Shown here in pieces: positions 63,340-64,000 of a stretch of 64,000 nucleotides of DNA. This stretch comes from Muribaculaceae bacterium (GTDB lineage Bacteria > Bacteroidota > Bacteroidia > Bacteroidales > Muribaculaceae), in contig JAFQKI010000017.1 in NCBI GenBank assembly GCA_017396945.1, positions 27,967-91,966 of the forward strand, given 5' to 3'. The translations under genes were made by a program, and so were the position numbers. The notes under the pieces were generated by a model. It ran no database searches. It had not been told where the DNA came from and saw only the letters and a list, made by a program, of their open reading frames with translations. How positions within the stretch are numbered: position 1 is the first letter of the stretch; the number at the start of each line of letters is the position of its first letter.

Positions 63340-63756
63340 TTAGAATAGTTCGGAATGGTTATTTCCCATGGCATCGGCAATAGTTTGTGCAATGCGAGCC
63401 ATTTCATCGGGAGCTACTGTAGCCTTTTCTTTGAAGAAATTCATATCTTTCTCCTCGTTGATGGGAATTAAGTGAATATGGGCATGAGGCACTTCAAGCC
63501 CCATAACTGCAACGCCAACGCGTTGACAAGGCATTGTCTGCTTGATTGCCGTTGCTACTCGCTTCGCAAAAAGTTGCAAATCGACATATTCTTCATCAGT
63601 GAGGTCAAACAAATAGTCAACTTCGCGCTTGGGAATTACAAGAGTGTGACCCGGCGCAACGGGGTTGATGTCGAGAAACGCATAATTGTTTTCGTCTTCC
63701 GCCACTTTGTATGACGGAATTTCACCTGCTACTATTTTGCTGAAAATCGTCGCCAT
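63340..63756 (-). CDS. HIT (histidine triad) family protein
   Basis: 138 aa. Contains IFSKIVAGEIPSYKV and the histidine triad VPHAHIHLIP. Confidence 0.85.
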   Translation of the reverse strand: MATIFSKIVAGEIPSYKVAEDENNYAFLDINPVAPGHTLVIPKREVDYLFDLTDEEYVDLQLFAKRVATAIKQTMPCQRVGVAVMGLEVPHAHIHLIPINEEKDMNFFKEKATVAPDEMARIAQTIADAMGNNHSELF

Positions 63757-63774
63757 AATGTCTTATAGGTTTTA

Positions 63775-64000
63775 TTAGAATGATATTTCTACTATCTCAA
63801 ATTTCACCATTCCAGATGGGACTTTGATTTCCACAACGTCACCGAGCTTGTGACCGAGCAATCCTTGGGCAATGGGAGTGCTTGATGCGATTTTTTTCTC
63901 CTTGAGGTCGGCTTCGCTGTCGGCAACGATGGTATATTCCATTACCATACCGTTGGCAACGTTTTTAATTTTCACTCTATTGAGTATTTGCACCTCCTCG
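63775..64000 (-). CDS. greA: transcription elongation factor GreA, C-terminal part; the gene continues past the window end
   Basis: ...VKIKNVANGMVMEYTIVADSEADLKEKKIASSTPIAQGLLGHKLGDVVEIKVPSGMVKFEIVEISF matches the GreA C-terminal FKBP-like domain. The frame is open to the window edge. Confidence 0.8.
   Translation of the reverse strand, partial: EEVQILNRVKIKNVANGMVMEYTIVADSEADLKEKKIASSTPIAQGLLGHKLGDVVEIKVPSGMVKFEIVEISF

Noticed and set aside
1-64000. A search for tRNA/rRNA genes, CRISPR arrays, transposases, integrases, restriction-modification systems or known multi-gene defence systems
   Set aside because: I recognised none. No spacer-repeat periodicity or T-loop GGTTCGAATCC-like elements occur in the intergenic regions, and no DDE/tyrosine-recombinase, methyltransferase or nuclease motifs occur in the ORF track. 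An HMM or tRNAscan run would be needed to exclude them formally.

Overview
The window is a Bacteroidales-type chromosomal segment. Supporting evidence is repeated TAnnTTTG -7 promoter boxes, frdCAB, korAB, OmpH, TPR and M23 genes, and three proteins ending in T9SS-type C-terminal sorting domains. That last point argues for a T9SS-bearing lineage (Prevotella-, Muribaculaceae- or Parabacteroides-like) rather than Bacteroides sensu stricto. Most of the window is housekeeping: coaD, parE, korAB, a dut-TPR-DUF4292-M23-flippase operon, dgt, asnS, rluB, a BtuFCD-like ABC importer, tsaC, hflX, aroB, pdxA, pnp, pepD, frdCAB, a HIT protein and greA. I recognised no rRNA, tRNA, CRISPR array, transposase or integrase.

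Five regions deserve a second look.

1. A ~4.2 kb accessory island (about 12.35-16.74 kb). It holds an unusually short, GC-rich RHS protein whose composition flips to AT-rich exactly at the DPSGM motif. That protein carries an unassigned Cys/His (NlpC/P60- or CHAP-like) C-terminal toxin tip. It is followed by a secreted, internally duplicated immunity candidate, a second cytoplasmic immunity-like ORF, and an orphan 5' fragment of another RHS gene.
2. Two tandem, diverged T9SS-secreted phosphodiester-glycosidase (DUF2233/NAGPA-like) paralogs.
3. An inositol cluster: NTP-transferase, ATP-grasp, CDP-alcohol phosphatidyltransferase, atypical HAD and myo-inositol-phosphate synthase. It has the logic of a CDP-inositol route and contains an unexplained ITPK1-like ATP-grasp gene.
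4. A small radical-SAM enzyme paired with a Cys-rich membrane or lipoprotein of unknown function.
5. Arg/Asn/Gly-rich low-complexity tails on two RNA enzymes (RluB, PNPase), plus a ~110 aa C-terminal extension on the fumarate reductase cytochrome b subunit.

All functional calls rest on motif recognition in the supplied translations. No database search was run, and all GC values and percent identities are by-eye estimates.
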